64,000 nucleotides of DNA from Podarcis gaigeae (taxonomy: Eukaryota), in NCBI GenBank assembly GCA_964106915.2, contig OZ066923.1. One strand, written 5' to 3'. Under the pieces are notes generated by a model. That model had not been told where the DNA came from and did not search any database. It saw nothing but the letters and a program-made list of their open reading frames with translations. Within the stretch, counting starts at the first letter, position 1; each line of letters opens with the position of its first letter. A program made the position numbers and the translations under genes. Positions 12,938 to 26,327 of this stretch are shown here, piece after piece.

Positions 12938-13574
12938 CCTCTTTGAGGGAGGATATGATTTCTCTTTCCAAATGAAGGATTTTAAACAGTTTTGAATCTG
13001 ACAGCCTCCCTTGTAACCCATCTGTAGGCAATTATTTTGCTCTTCAGAACACATTTCCTCATTCTTGAATAGGTGGCATTATAGAATCAGTATTGCTAGT
13101 AATGGAGATGATGCATAATCTTTATTATCATGGGCTGTGTGCTCCTGGCACTCTGAAGACAATCATGCTCTGGGGATAATGTGTACAAAATGTTTAGGGG
13201 TATTCTTATTTTCCTACTCATATTGAAATACTACTCCTTAATGAGGCCAAACCTAGATTCACAAAATGTTTAGGAGTATGCCCCCCCCCCCGAAAAAGCA
13301 CTGCATATATGTGTGTATACAACTTAAAAACAACTAGCAATCCATCTGCTTTCTTTCTGACTTAATGTTTTCTGTTCCTTGAAAAAACACCTTAGTAATT
13401 TTATCAAGATATTAAAACAAGCATATCAAAGTTCCAATTGTACTTTTTTAAAAAAACCCAAACCCTTTCTTTGACACAGTTATGTTCTATTTGCAGTGTA
13501 GTTGTGGAAGTTAAGAAGTGCTGTGCTTAAATTTCTAGAAAGTTGCAATCAGTGGCTCAGTCAAATTGTAATTG

Positions 13575-14195
13575 TGAGTGACAGGAGCCTTGTGGGCACC
13601 TGAACCAAGTGTGAGTAAATAACACTCAGGACAGGTGTTGGTGAAGACAGGCCACGTTTTATTGGCTACAGTGGTACCTCAAGTTACAAACGCTTCAGGC
13701 TACAAACTCCGCTAACCTGGAAGAGTTACCTCGAGTTGAGAACTTTGCCCCAGGATGAGAACGGAAATCGTGTGCCAGCTGTGCAGCGGCAGCAAGAGGC
13801 CCCATTAGCGAAGGCACGCCTCTAGTGAAGAACAGTTTCAGGTTAAGAATGGACCTCCAGAATGAATTAAGTTTGTAACTAGAGGTACCACTGTACTGTG
13901 AAGAAGAAGGGCTGGCATGGCACTGGGTCAGAATCTGTAAGACTTCTGATCTGAAACCCAATAGACCATCCCAGCATGGCTCCTGGGGAATGCCATAGGA
14001 GTGGACCAGCCTAGATGGACCCACCATGGTACATGTCATGTGACTAGAATCTGCCTGGTAACCTGAAATGAGGGGCATCAGGTTCGGCCCACGGGAGCTC
14101 AAGCCTGGAACCAGGACACCTTCTCAAGACCCCTTATGAGGACACCCCTTATGTTTTGATCCTACCAAATGCCATTCCCATCCAAGTTGTGACAA
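13575..14195 (-). mobile_element. LTR-like element copy C (diverged), interrupted by a MITE
   Basis: Shares GGCCAC..TTTATTG (AATAAA on minus, 13658-13663) and AAGTTGTGAC (14184-14193) with copy A; ends approximate. Confidence 0.5.
13669..13893. mobile_element. Tc1/mariner (Tigger-like) MITE
   Basis: CAGTGGTACCTC...GAGGTACCACTG TIRs, TA TSD. Confidence 0.88.
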
Positions 14196-15746
14196 ACGGA
14201 TATGCAGAATGCTGTGTGGCTCTGGAATAGAGCAGCCATGCATTCTGCTTTTCAGAGGACATCCTGTGTTTGAAAAAGTGCTCTGTTTTAAGGGCTGTCT
14301 GGTCCAAACCTGGTTTAAAATGGCAAATCTTCAGGTGGCTTTAGAAGAGGATTAGACAAATAAGGCTGTCAACAGCTGCTAGCCATGCACTGTGTTCCAT
14401 CTCTACTGACAGGATACCTATGAAGTCATTGCTGGGAATCACAGCTACTCCTATTTTCCTACATGTTCTGGAGACGCCTTCTCTGAGCCTGGGCAGTTCT
14501 ACCTCGTTTATGATGGATATTCTAGCGACTGAACATTCCAGTCACTCGAATGCTGCAGAGATGGAATAATTTACATTATCCCTATCACAGGCTGATTGGG
14601 TGGAGGCAAAGCTTGGGCAGTAAATCACAGAGAGCTGCACCAGGCAGCTTATTTTCCGGGGGAGTCCAGTGGTCTCCCAGGAGCCATTCATTGATGAAAT
14701 CATTTCTCACTGCGCATTAGCTGTTCCCTGTTAGCACACAGCTCGGGCATTAATCTCCTGTGTGTTTAGGTCTCTGTCTAGACTTGCAGTTTCTAATTTC
14801 TTTCACGGTCAAACTTCATTAATGTAGGCAGCCAGGAGGACATCTAAAATATGCCGATAATGAAAAGTTCCGATAAACAAGATGGATTAAACTGCAATAT
14901 TACATGTAAAACAAAGACAACATTGTAGTTGGTTTCTAGGAGTTTGGGGTAACTGATATTCAGTATCTAAGAGTTAAACTAAAATCTAAACATCAACCTT
15001 AAACTAATCCTCATAATTCATCAGTGTAGTGCAAATTCCGTATAATATACATATTTTTATACAGTTTTGGGCAATATACACATTTTCCCAAGCACTTTCC
15101 CATAATGAGATGCATATTTGCTTGTTTTTTAAAAAATAAATATGTGTATATCTACACACACTTCCCCCCAATATGTGCACTTCTGCAGACATTGGCTGAA
15201 GAACTCCCAAAGCTTGTAGAAAGATAGCTGCACTTTGTAGAAAGATAGCTGCACTGGTTCACGAAGTGCAAAGGAGATAATTTCTGATTAAAATGCAAGC
15301 AGTTCTAAAGTTCTCCCCCATCTCAGCCTTACCATGTTGCCTTACACTGATATGTTCCGTGAATAGGGATATAGTTCTGCAAGCAGAGATATGGCAGGCA
15401 TCCACTATCTTCACTTTCCAGAAACAGTTGAATACATTTTTGTTCTGGCCAGATTTTGCAGCTCTTGGTCATGAGTATCTATTTTGTACTGTCTTAACAG
15501 CATCAGCTGCCTGTTTGTGTTTTAACTGCTTTTTTACAGCTGTTATTGCACATCATCTTGAAATGATTGTGTAGAAGGTGATTAATTAAATAATAATAAT
15601 AATAATAGTAATAATGGTCCTTCCACTCAAAACACTCAAAATTTACTGCAACAGCATTTTTGGAATGCAGGACTCTAACCCTTCTCTTCATTCTATGATA
15701 AAAAGAGCCATCACCTGCAATTCTCAGGGGAATTTACTGGATGAAA

Positions 15747-15908
15747 GAATCATAGAACCTTAGAGTTGGAATGGACTTTGAAGGTGTTCTAGTCCCAGCT
15801 CCCTGCAATGCAGGAATCTCAGCGAAAGCATCCATGACAAATGGCCATCCAACCTCTGCTTAAAAACCTCCAAGGAAGGAGATTCAACCATCTCTTGTGG
15901 TCGTCTGT
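15747..15908 (-). mobile_element. CR1 LINE 3' end
   Basis: Minus strand encodes VESPSLEVFKQRLD, followed by CCTTCCAAC-like motif and TTCTATGATTCT tail; a smaller CR1 tail lies at ~11405-11470. Confidence 0.85.
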
Positions 15909-16261
15909 AAAGCAACCTCTCAAGTATCTGTAGAGGACAAAATATACTTGAGACACTCAAGTGTCAAAAACATCCTTTGTATGCTATGAAAATATTTTTC
16001 AGCAATGCTTTTTTAAAGCCCTAATTGGTTCTCATTAAGGCTAAGAAGTGTAACCAAACATGTGCCTCTTACAGGCACTTTTAATACACCCTGTTTGTTC
16101 ATAGCAAGAACACTGGCAATCCTCTGTAATTAGGTTGAACCATTTATAATTAGTGTATTCTGTCTGAAGACCTTCTGGCATGTACTTATAAAATCTATCA
16201 TGGAATTTAAAAAAAGAAAGAAAGCTGAATCATAAGATGCCTTAATTAAATGGGATGCAGA

Positions 16262-16291
16262 GGGAGAGGGAGAGGGAGGGAGGGAGGGAGG

Positions 16292-16344
<53 letters not shown>
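16262..16344. repeat. (GGGA)n(GA)n microsatellite
   Basis: Directly visible. Confidence 0.95.
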
Positions 16345-16347
<3 letters not shown>

Positions 16348-17647
16348 TTTAAATGAAATTCAGCCATGACGGACACAGGCCAAATATAGCCTTTAGAAAT
16401 GTTGTGGCCTGAACACAAAGGCATTTCCAAAATAGCACCAAGGACATATTTTAAGTGCTAATGGGGGGGGATTGTGATGACGAAAATGTACAACTGATAT
16501 ATTAAAAGTATTATTTCATTGCTGATGGCATGTTCATAAACCTTGCTGTGTAAGGATCTAATGCTCATGTGAGCTCTGTTTCCAGGGGAATGCAGCTGTT
16601 TCTCATGGTTTGTTTTCAGCAGAATGATGGGGCGATGACTTGCATGCAGATCTTCTACTGAACATGCAGAGGTGTGTGTGTGTGTGTCTGTGTGTGTGTG
16701 TGTGTGTTTTGCAGGTGTGTGGAGTTGGCTTTGGGTTAGAGAGAGGAGGGAAACTCCTATTAGAGCAGCAGTGAAGACAAGCGATGGGCTTGTGAGAGAG
16801 CCCGTGGGTGAGTGCATTAAAGATCTTCTTCATCTTGGATTAAAATCTGAGCAAGAGAGCAGCTTCCAGGCCCATCATGCTAGCCCTGCAAGCAACAAGG
16901 CTGCAAAGCTACTAGAGTGAACGTGGCGCCACACCCTCAAGTTCCTTTGTTCTTAATCTTCTGACAGAAATGGAGCCAGTTGTATTCAAAATCCGTCAAT
17001 CATCCTAAATTTCATGTGGGATTGGAAAACATCAGTCGGGGTGCCAACTTTTTAATTTTTTTAAAATTATTTTTTACATCCCCTTCAGCTATAGCTACAT
17101 TCACAATTGCTGCAATGTTGCTCATCTCTATGCCATGAGAAAGTTTGGCTCCTGGTTTCTTCAGATGAAGAGCCTACTAAAGAGTCAAGAGCAGGCCAGG
17201 CTGGCTTTTTCTGGTCAGCTGGCAACCCTAAAGATAAATATAGATTAACCAGTGGAGAGACCCATTTCTAATACTCAATAAGAAGCAGACCCCTGTCGTA
17301 GCAAACAAGAAGGAAGAATCTTGGCTTAAACCGAACTGCCTGTCCATGATTCTTGGTTTTGCCAGGCATTCTAACACAGTTCCAGGCTCTACCTCCTAGA
17401 TAATGACAGAAAAATGTACTACCTTCTGCAGTGCAAACAGAGGAATCTTCAAGATATAAAATCAACTGGAGAGATGAACTCTGGGTGAGTCACAAAGATT
17501 ACCTCAAAGCAATAAACAAAGCACTCTGAAAGGTCTTCTTTGCCCCGGCACAGCGATCAAGCCTCTTGTCAGAAATAGCAGAGAAAAGAAAGCAAAAGTT
17601 GCATGCTAGGGTTAAAAAAAGAATTAGTGGGGAGAATGATCTCAAGA

Positions 17648-17872
17648 AGTGGTACCTCAGGTTACAGGTTCTTCAGGTTACAGATGCTTCAGGTTACAGA
17701 CTCCGCTAACCCAGAAATAGTACCTCGGGTTAAGAACTTTGCTTCAAGATGAGAACAGAAATCGTGCGGTGGCAGCGGGATGCCCCATTAGCTCAAGTGG
17801 TACCTCAGGTTAAGAACAGTTTCAGGTTAAGAACGGACCTCCAGAATGAATTCTTAACCCGAGGTACCACTG
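17648..17872. mobile_element. Tc1/mariner (Tigger-like) MITE
   Basis: Same family as 13669-13893; TIRs present, right TA intact. Confidence 0.85.
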
Positions 17873-20378
17873 TACAAGCAGTCACAACTCAGAAATTAGC
17901 AAACACATTTTCCCTGCACAGGCTTGAAGGAGCAGGGAGAGAGATCTCATAACAAACTACAGTTCCCATGATCCTTTGTGGGAAGCCATGACTGTTAAAG
18001 TAGTATAAGCTTTAACGGCTGTGGGTATCCACCTGTCTTAAGAAACAATGGAGTGGGCCTCTGGGGGTGAAGTCAAACAAGGAGGAAGAAGAAAGCTGCC
18101 ATCTACACAAATAGACATGTTCCCTCACAAAGGCCAGGGAACATTACATTTCAGTACCCATCCCCATAGCAATACAAAAGCAACTGCCAACTGCAAACCA
18201 AGGTGATGACTTGGGGAGGCCATATCAGGGCCAATTGCTTGCTAATGCACCAAGTCTTCCAGGAGGACATGCAAACCAGATCTTCCTGATGGTGATGGGA
18301 CAGGTAAAGGGGCCAAGAAGGACAGGAGAGTGTTGGAGAAGGATTATCAGGAGCACAAGGGGATGCACTTTTGCATGGTCACAGCACACCTGTGGAAAGT
18401 GAGTAGGATTGTCCACCAGGTCAGTCCCACCTCTGCGATCCAAGTGTAGCCCATTGGTGGCCTCCACATATTTGTTGGACTACAGTTCCCATCATCCTTG
18501 ACCACTGGCCACGTTGGCTGAGACTGGTAGTCCAATAACATCTTTGAGGGTACCATTGCTGCCTATCTCTAGTTTAGCACAACGCCTGAAATGGAAGACT
18601 ATGCATGCACAGCTGAAAAGGCACAGGCTCTCCACACAATCAGGAGACATGATCTCCCTCAAAGTCCTCCAGATCTCTGTCCCTCACCCTGCCGTTGAAA
18701 GTCCAACTATCATTTACCTGCTCTAAGGTCAGCCAGTTAGACTTCCTCATTCGCTCTGAACCAGCTGCACCTTGCATTTATTTCCCTTATCTCAGTCAGC
18801 TGGGAAGAACAGAGAGAACTATGCAACAGTAAAAGGAAATCTAAATTGCACCTAGTGCTTAAGGCTCTGAGAGGAACATTTAGAAGAGAAATATCAGCAA
18901 TTTCATAGGAAATATTACATCTATTCCCACTTTCGTTCTCTGGGGAGAACTTCTAGCAGGGGTGAGGAACTGGATCCTGAAGGAGTGCTAGGCCCAGAAC
19001 TGGACCACCTTCCATGGGTGGCCTGGGTGCCCCACACAGGGTCAAGGAGGGTGCTTGCAACTCCTGGAATCGTGAATGTATTTATTTATTTTAATAACAC
19101 CCAGGTGTGAAATTCAGCCTTAGGAGTTTTAAATGTTGTTTGGAGACCTACTATATTGTTGTTCAATGGACAGATTGAGGCTGTCCTCCATCCCTACCCT
19201 GTACATCACTCCATTGTTTTTAAATGGACAAATAAAGCAATATTTGAGAAGTTAGATCTGAAATGTACAGCCCTGTACAATACAGTAAATCACCAACAGG
19301 CGCAGCCCACCACTGTTCCTTGTTGCTTCTCTTTGGCACAGTGTAATGGTGTGTGAGGTTCAGTCGCAAAAAGACTGCACTTGGTCAACAGCCTGTCCTT
19401 ACCAGTCATAGACTTTGCTTCCCACCCCCCTAATCATTTCTGCTGACACCCATGGTGTGTGTGTGGGGGGGGGGGGGCTCAGGCAATTCAAATGTTGAGC
19501 CTTCTGCCCTAGCCAGAATGTGTATGTGGTGGTGGCATCTCCGCTGCTCCCGTCCTCGGCAGCCCTTATCTAGGATTACTCTGCTCACCAGTAAATTGGC
19601 CCATTTTAGGGCATGCATTTACTTGGTTGTAAGGTCCATTGGAGTCAATGCAATATACTTCTTCTGAAGCATGCATAGGACTGGGCTGCATGCTTCCGAG
19701 CTATGCAAGACAAGAGACCTAAATAGAATGTTATAAAGTAAATCAACAGCTCTGTTCCTCTGGAAGCCCACTCTGCAATTTGAGAACATAAAGCTGGGCT
19801 CTATATTATAGGGTAAGGGAGACGAGAAAAACCCCTTAGCTATATTTAAGACGAATCTTCAAAATATTTTGCGTCCAGAGCTGCACATCGTGCATGTTTC
19901 TGGGCTAGCAGCTTCCAGCTGCACATACTATAATTTTTGTGGCTACAGCAAATGATACGTTATACTTAACGAATGAGTTGGGGACAAAAGATCTATTGCA
20001 GATGGTTTGTGTTTTTCCTTAGTGACTCAGCAGGGAAAGCAAACCTATGCCTGTAGGATACCAACTGCATTTGCTTGTTTGTGCATGTGGTGAGCGAGAG
20101 AGAGAGAGAGAGAGAGGCTCCCAGAATATAATGCTCACAGGTGATGGAGTTTACAAGTGCGTCTACATATTGGCCCATCCAGCAGTGCTGACAGTCATAG
20201 AGGAAGTGGAGCAGGAAACTCTTCGCAGAAGGACTTCCTGTGGTGGGTGATTTAGCTCTGATTACTTTTGGGGCACAACAATACTTTGCTCCCCTGTGCT
20301 CTTTTTTCTTTTCTATCAGGATCTTGGCCCAGGGAGCACTTTTCTGATTTGGTGGGTTACAATGGACCAATTCAGTTC

Positions 20379-20742
20379 GGGACGCGGGTGGCGCTGTGGG
20401 TAAAACCTCAGCGCCTAGGACTTGCTGATCGTATGGTCGGCGGTTCGAATCCCTGCGGCGGGGTGAGCTCCCGCCGTTTGGTCCCAGCTCCTGCCCACCT
20501 AGCAGTTCGAAAGCACCCCTAAGTGCAAGTAGATAAATAGGTACCGCTTTATAGCGGGAAGGTAAACGGCGTTTCCGTGTGCTGCTATGGTGCTGGTTCG
20601 CCGGAGCAGCTTCGTCACACTGGCCACGTGACCCGGAAGTGTCTCCGGACAGCGCTGGCTCCCGGCCTCTAGAGTGAGATGAGCGCACAACCCTAGAATC
20701 TGTCAAGACTGGCCCGTACGGGCAGGGGTACCTTTACCTTTT
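20379..20742 (+). mobile_element. Sauria SINE, full length, CpG-rich
   Basis: GGGACGCGGGTGGCGCTGTGGG head; TSD AATGGACCAAT (20361-20371, 20743-20753). Confidence 0.93.
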
Positions 20743-21607
20743 AATGGACCAATATACTCATTCAAAGTACTGATCACCAGCAAACACATTTGGTTACAAG
20801 TCCCCCCACTCCCAGTCTTGGCTTTTGCCTGTGAACAATTAAGGGAAGTGGTGATGTTCTTGCAATACTCAGATAAACTTCAGATAACACACCCAGGTGC
20901 CTTTTATTAAACACATTTACTAGGCAGTAGCCAAAGCAGTTTCTCAGTCACTAGAGATCAGAGAGAAATTCAGTTCACATTTAAAGGCAAACTTACCTAA
21001 TACATGAGCCAAACACAACTATCCTTCAAAATCTGCACTACTCTCACGGCAATGTCAGGCAAGAAATGTCCAGCGTGAGGAATAAACTCTTTGCTGTCAA
21101 AAGTACACTTACAAGTTAGGAAAAGGCATGTCCACCAGCCCTTCGTCTCTCAGCTACTCCCAGGTGTACACCCAGTTGCAGCAACAGAGAGGCCCCTCCC
21201 TGCCCTCAGTTTATGTATCCCCCATTCAAGGGTTAACACACATCTATAAGAAGTGCAAATTATAACTCCAGCAAAAGATCCTAAACCTCTCAGCATATGA
21301 ACAGACATGAGTGCTGACTGCGCACATGTGAGTCCAGCAACATGACAACTTCACTGAATTTTGAAATACATTTCTCCAGCAATGTAATGTGTAGGAAAAT
21401 GCATACACTTGGGTTACATGAGCATGTAAATGCATACATTAGTGAAAATAACATACACTAATGCATCGAATGAGAGGGAATTGCTTTGCAAAAATGTGTA
21501 TAGTAGGCAAAATTGCATACAAAAATGTGTCTATTAGATGAAATGCACATAAAATGCTGATGAACAAGGACTTTAAAAACTGACAAACTGAAGTGGAAAT
21601 GTGAATA

Positions 21608-22250
21608 CAGTGGTACCTTGATTCTCAAACGCCTTGGTTCTCAAATGCTTTGGTTCTCAAACTACAGAAGCCTGGAAGTAAGTGTTCTGGTTTTCGAATG
21701 TTTTCGAACATCCGGTGCGGCTGTCGGCTATTGTTTCCGGGGCGCCTGCACCAATCAGAAGCTGCGCCTTGGTTCTGAACATTTCGGAAGTCAAATGGAC
21801 TTCCAGAACTGATTCAGTTTGGTACTTTTGTTTTTGCTATGTTTTTGAGGCTTTTCCAATTAATTTGTTTTTGTGACTGTGTGGAACCCAGTTCAGCTAC
21901 TGATTGATTGATTGATTGATTGATTGTGTGACTGCAGAAATGGATAAAAGCCCCCCATCCAAACAATGACTATCATCAGTATAGGTAAGAAAGAAAGTTA
22001 ATTTTAATTTTTATCACCTACAACACTGTCTTATTTATTTTATAGTACAGTACATTGATTATTGCTTTCATTTTATGGATCAGTGGTCTCGTTAGATAGT
22101 AAAATTCATGTTAAATTGCCGTCTTAGGGGTTGTTTTTAAAAGTCTGGAAGGGATTAATCCGATTTGGATTACTTTCTATGGTTTTGGAACGCTTTGGTT
22201 TTGGAACAGACTTCCGGAACGGATTAAGTTTGAGAACCAAGGTACCACTG
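21608..22250. mobile_element. Longer Tc1/mariner (Tigger-like) non-autonomous element
   Basis: CAGTGGTACCTTG...CAAGGTACCACTG TIRs, TA TSD, internal (TGAT)n. Confidence 0.85.
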
Positions 22251-22288
22251 TAACTGAACGTAAGATGGGGAAAATGAGAAATGGCCAG

Positions 22289-22616
22289 CAGGGCCTGCCC
22301 AAGACATTTTGGCACCTGAAGTGCCCCCACCCCCGTGCCAAGGAAGAAGGGGTGAGATCTATATCAGGAACATGGAGGGAATAAAGATCTACACTGGGAA
22401 CCAGGCTGGTGCCTTCTAGTCACCAAGAGGCTGTTGTAGAAGCAACACGGGGGAAGGGTGCCAAGGAGGCCCCCAAGGAATGTGCCGCAGCTGTCACTGT
22501 CACCATGGCAACGGCAGCAGAAGGTGATGCATTCCTTGGAAGCCAAATCTGCTGTCCCTGTGGATCCTGCCACCTGAGGCAGTGCCCCACCTTGCCTTGT
22601 GGGTGGACTGGCCCTG
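22289..22616. mobile_element. hAT-like non-autonomous element
   Basis: CAGGGCC...GGCCCTG termini; TSD degenerate. Confidence 0.5.
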
Positions 22617-23985
22617 GTGGAGAGAAACCCAAACTGATTGACAGATTCAGCCATCCTTAGTCACTGCTGTGACTGCATGGGACTCAGACTGGTGCATCGC
22701 ATTGTTGAGACTGGGGAGTGATTCTGAATTCAATCAGCAGCATTGTTCAAAGAGAAACAATAAAAACACAGAAGCTAGATTTGCAGTAGCTTATGCAATG
22801 CTGTCCTTGAATGCAAAGGCAAATAAATTCATTTCACTTTATGGTCTGCAGACCATAAACATCTAATACAGTGTAGTGTTTTCAAGGCAGCTATTGGAGG
22901 AGGAGGAGGGGGAGAATATGCACACACACTATTGGTGTCTTTTAAAATGAGAGCATAGCAAAATCCATAAATAATCCACAAATAATATATATTTAAAATG
23001 ACTCAAAAATCTTCCCTTTAAGAATTGTGACCTGGTCTTGATGGCTACTGTGAGGAATGTTGCTATATTTCCTGTGATCAGTAATGGTTGGACTCTCTCA
23101 TTAAAATGGAGACATAAACTTCATATGAGTTCCCTAAGTATAGTGAAAGTCAATGAGATATAAAATGGGATATTATATCCCTATAAAAATCACAGTATAG
23201 GAGAACACTGGCTAAAGTTGAAAGCGACCCACTTTTTCGAGGGCAAACTCTCAGGTGCCAACTTGGTCTGGGAAAAACCTTATGTAACTACTGGTGGCAA
23301 AGCACTGAAGCTAGCCTTTGAAAACGCTTTTCTGTATCAAGGGCCATTTGATGTTTCCGAACACCTAGCAGGTGGGTGTTCGCTGCTAAGTCTGTGGACT
23401 AAGATACACTGGTAACAGTCAACATGCTAAGGCAAACTTTGGCTTGGCTTGGCTTAGCTTAATGCAGCTGCAGCAGCAGGAAAGACCAGAGAGGAGCAAA
23501 GTGCCTGTCAGTTCCTCTCTGGGAGCTCCCAGGTATCAGGCCAACAGGCCCATCTAGTCAAGCATCCTGTTCTCTCAGTGGCCAACCAGGTGCCTATGGG
23601 AGGCCCACAAGCAGGGCTTGAGTGCAACAGCAGCACTCTCCCTAAACGTTGCATATAGGACACAATTATAGCTACCATAATCATAGCAGAAATAACTTTT
23701 GAATCAAAGGTGCACGCATATGCATTGATTTTTTGGATGGCCTGGCAGGGACGTTGCTGATCTTCTTTTATCACACTATAGCTGGTTCAATGGTGCAATG
23801 ATGGGATGCCTAATATTGCTGCTTCACCATTATCTCTCTTGGAGCTGAAGGCACTAGCATGGAAACAAACCACTTTGCTTCTGCTCCCCATTCTGCTTGA
23901 TTAAATCTGTGCCACCTTTTCTGATGTCAACACTGTTGCTGCAGAAGAGAAAAAACCATCCCAGGGTCTGGGGATCCATCTTCTT

Positions 23986-24123
23986 CAGGGATAGGAAGCC
24001 TGTGGCCCTCCAAGCATTGTAGGATTTCAACTCCCATCAGTCCCAGCCAGCATGGTCAATGGTCAGAGATGATGGGAATTGTAGTTCAACAACACCTGGA
24101 AGGCCAATAAGTTCCCCACTTCA
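23986..24123. mobile_element. Short palindromic MITE (abundant squamate family); other copies at ~6393-6519, 18452-18572, 32459-32843, 36392-36515, 42610-42735, 44889-45012
   Basis: Recurrent CCTCCAGATGTTG..AACTCCCATCA ... TGATGGGA.TTGTAGT.CAACA.CATCTGGAGG inverted arms. Confidence 0.7.
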
Positions 24124-25022
24124 ATCTACTTCCTAAGCAGAAACACCACCAACCATCCTGTGATCTTGCATGAAGGGTGGTATAGAAATTTAATGAATAA
24201 AATAAGCACCTCACATGAAACTGAGCTGTGCTCCCCTGCCAGCCCATACTGCTCTGCTGCAGCACCTTTTCAATAAACAGGTACTTGCTTGGAAAAAGGG
24301 TAGTCCTTTGGTGGGTTTTTGGTACTGTTTGGTTATAATATTTTATATATTTTATATATAGTCAACAATCTAATGTTCATAGTGTCATTTACGTTCATTT
24401 GGTCTCTTTTATCAAATCATTTGATTTACTTAGATTGTGAGGCCCTGGGCAAGCGATTGTTCCAAGAGAACTGGCTTCTCTGCCACGCAGGTAACACTCT
24501 TACTTTATCAGATTTGTACCTAACATTTTGTTCACAGCAGCTCAGGATCTCTTGAACAGGTTTTCACATTTTGTGCTCAAAACTGCCTGGGGTGGGATGG
24601 GGACAGATGGGGATGTTGGGCTGAGAGATTGTGAGTGGCTGAAGGACGCTCAATAATCTTTAGGATTTAGCGAGTTTCTCTGGTCCAAACCCAACTCTCC
24701 ATCCACCATAACTTGCTAGCATCATTCATGAGTCAATGGGGACATCTGTAGCATAAATTTAAAGCGCATCAAATGCCCATTTAAAGTTCATGGCTCTCTC
24801 CAAAGAATTGTGGGAACTGTAGTTTGTGAAAGGTGCTGGGGAGGGAGTGCTGTGAGGGAGAAGTTTTTCTCAGGATTCTTGGGGGGTGGGGTCAGGGCCA
24901 GATTTAGGGTTGATGAGGCCCTAAGCTACTGAAGGTAGTGGGGCTCTTTATATGTCCAGCTGTCCTTTGTCAATAACAAATTGTCACTGTTTTTTGTGTT
25001 GGATATATGCTATATGGTAATT

Positions 25023-25119
25023 CAAATTCAAAATCCTTTATTAGGCATAGCACACCACACATAAATAACATAATACAATATAATATAAAATAATAATACA
25101 ACGCAACATCATCACCTAT
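25023..25119 (-). mobile_element. Extreme 3' tip of a LINE with (TTTGAA)n-type tail
   Basis: 12-bp TSD TATATGGTAATT (25011-25022, 25120-25131); minus strand ends AATAAAGGATTTTGAATTTG. Confidence 0.7.
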
Positions 25120-25211
25120 TATATGGTAATTTATGGACCTAATAGGTTTCTAAAGCCATTTGCACATGTTGCCATGCAATCAGCCCATGCAGAATGTAGG
25201 CACCCAAATAT

Positions 25212-25552
25212 AGGTAAAGGTAAAGGGACCCTGACCATTAGGTCCAGTCGTGACCGACTCTGAGGTTGCAGCGCTCATCTCGCTTTACTGGCCGAGGGAG
25301 CCGGCGTACAGCTTCTGGGTCATGTGGCCAGCATGACTAAGCTGCTTCTGGCAAACCAGAGCAGCACACGGAAACACCATTTACCTTCCTGCCAGAGCGG
25401 TACTTATTTATCTACTTGCACTTTGACGTGCTTTCAAACTGCTAGGTGGGCAGGAGCTGGGACCAAGCAACAGGAGCTCACCCCATTGCGGGGATTTTAA
25501 CTGCCGACCTTCTGATTGGCAAGTCCTAGGCTCTGTGGTTTAACCCACAGTG
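25212..25552 (-). mobile_element. Sauria SINE
   Basis: Tail and body match the other copies; first ~12 nt of the head are missing. Confidence 0.9.
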
Positions 25553-26327
25553 AGCAGGGTGGCAGGCGGGGCCCATTTCTTACATCATAGGAGCCTACAC
25601 AACACAAAACACTGTTGCTGTATGTAGGTTTTATTTTATTTGTTTTTTATCTTATATTTTGGAAATGTACATCCAGGTCTTTTTTTCTTTAATTATTTGG
25701 GGGAGGGGGCAAGAGAGCCCTAAGCTATAGTTTGTTTAGCTTATACATAAATCCAGCACTGGGCGTGTGTGTGTGTGTGTGTGTGTTAAATGAAAGTTGT
25801 AGATCTGCCCTTCAGGTTGTCAGAGCTGCTCAGGAGAAAGCTGGAAGAATTGGCACAGTCTTTCGCTTGAACTTACAAAACAGGCCTGCTGTTCTGACGC
25901 TGGTAAAAAAGAAGGTTATTATTTAATCTCCCCAGCTGAGTTCACAATGACTCTCCACAAAACCCTGATCTTGTATCTGATGCAGGAGGTAACCCCCTGC
26001 TTACCCCACCATGAAAAAGAATCTGATTGCCTGAGTGTTCTGCTTGATACTAAAGAGGAGTATTAAGGTTCTCGTCTCCATGGTGACCGATGTCAACACT
26101 GAAGCCTTGTCAGGGAGGGAGAATTCAGAACCTGAGGAAATGATGTATGAATGTAGTGGGATCAGAAGAGTTTCCCCATTGTTGTGACATTTTACATGGG
26201 ACCTGTCAAGTCCACTTCTCATGAACATACACGCTGGGGGGAGATCTAGCCATGGACAGATGAAATTCAGGATTCAGCTTACACAGGCAAGCGAGCAAGA
26301 GCACCGTGAGGGACGGACAATTTGCAT

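Larger units (their letters stand above)
24893..25761. mobile_element. hAT-like MITE carrying two nested retroposons
   Basis: CAGGGCCAGATTT...AAATCCAGCACTG TIRs; homologous to 30958-31243. Confidence 0.8.

Noticed and set aside
15214-15255. Exact 21-bp tandem duplication TTGTAGAAAGATAGCTGCACT
   Set aside because: Only two units with no spacer; ordinary slippage, not an array.
19993-20706. 237-aa ORF, the longest in the track
   Set aside because: Antisense read-through of a GC-rich Sauria SINE plus flank; the same peptide recurs at other SINE copies.
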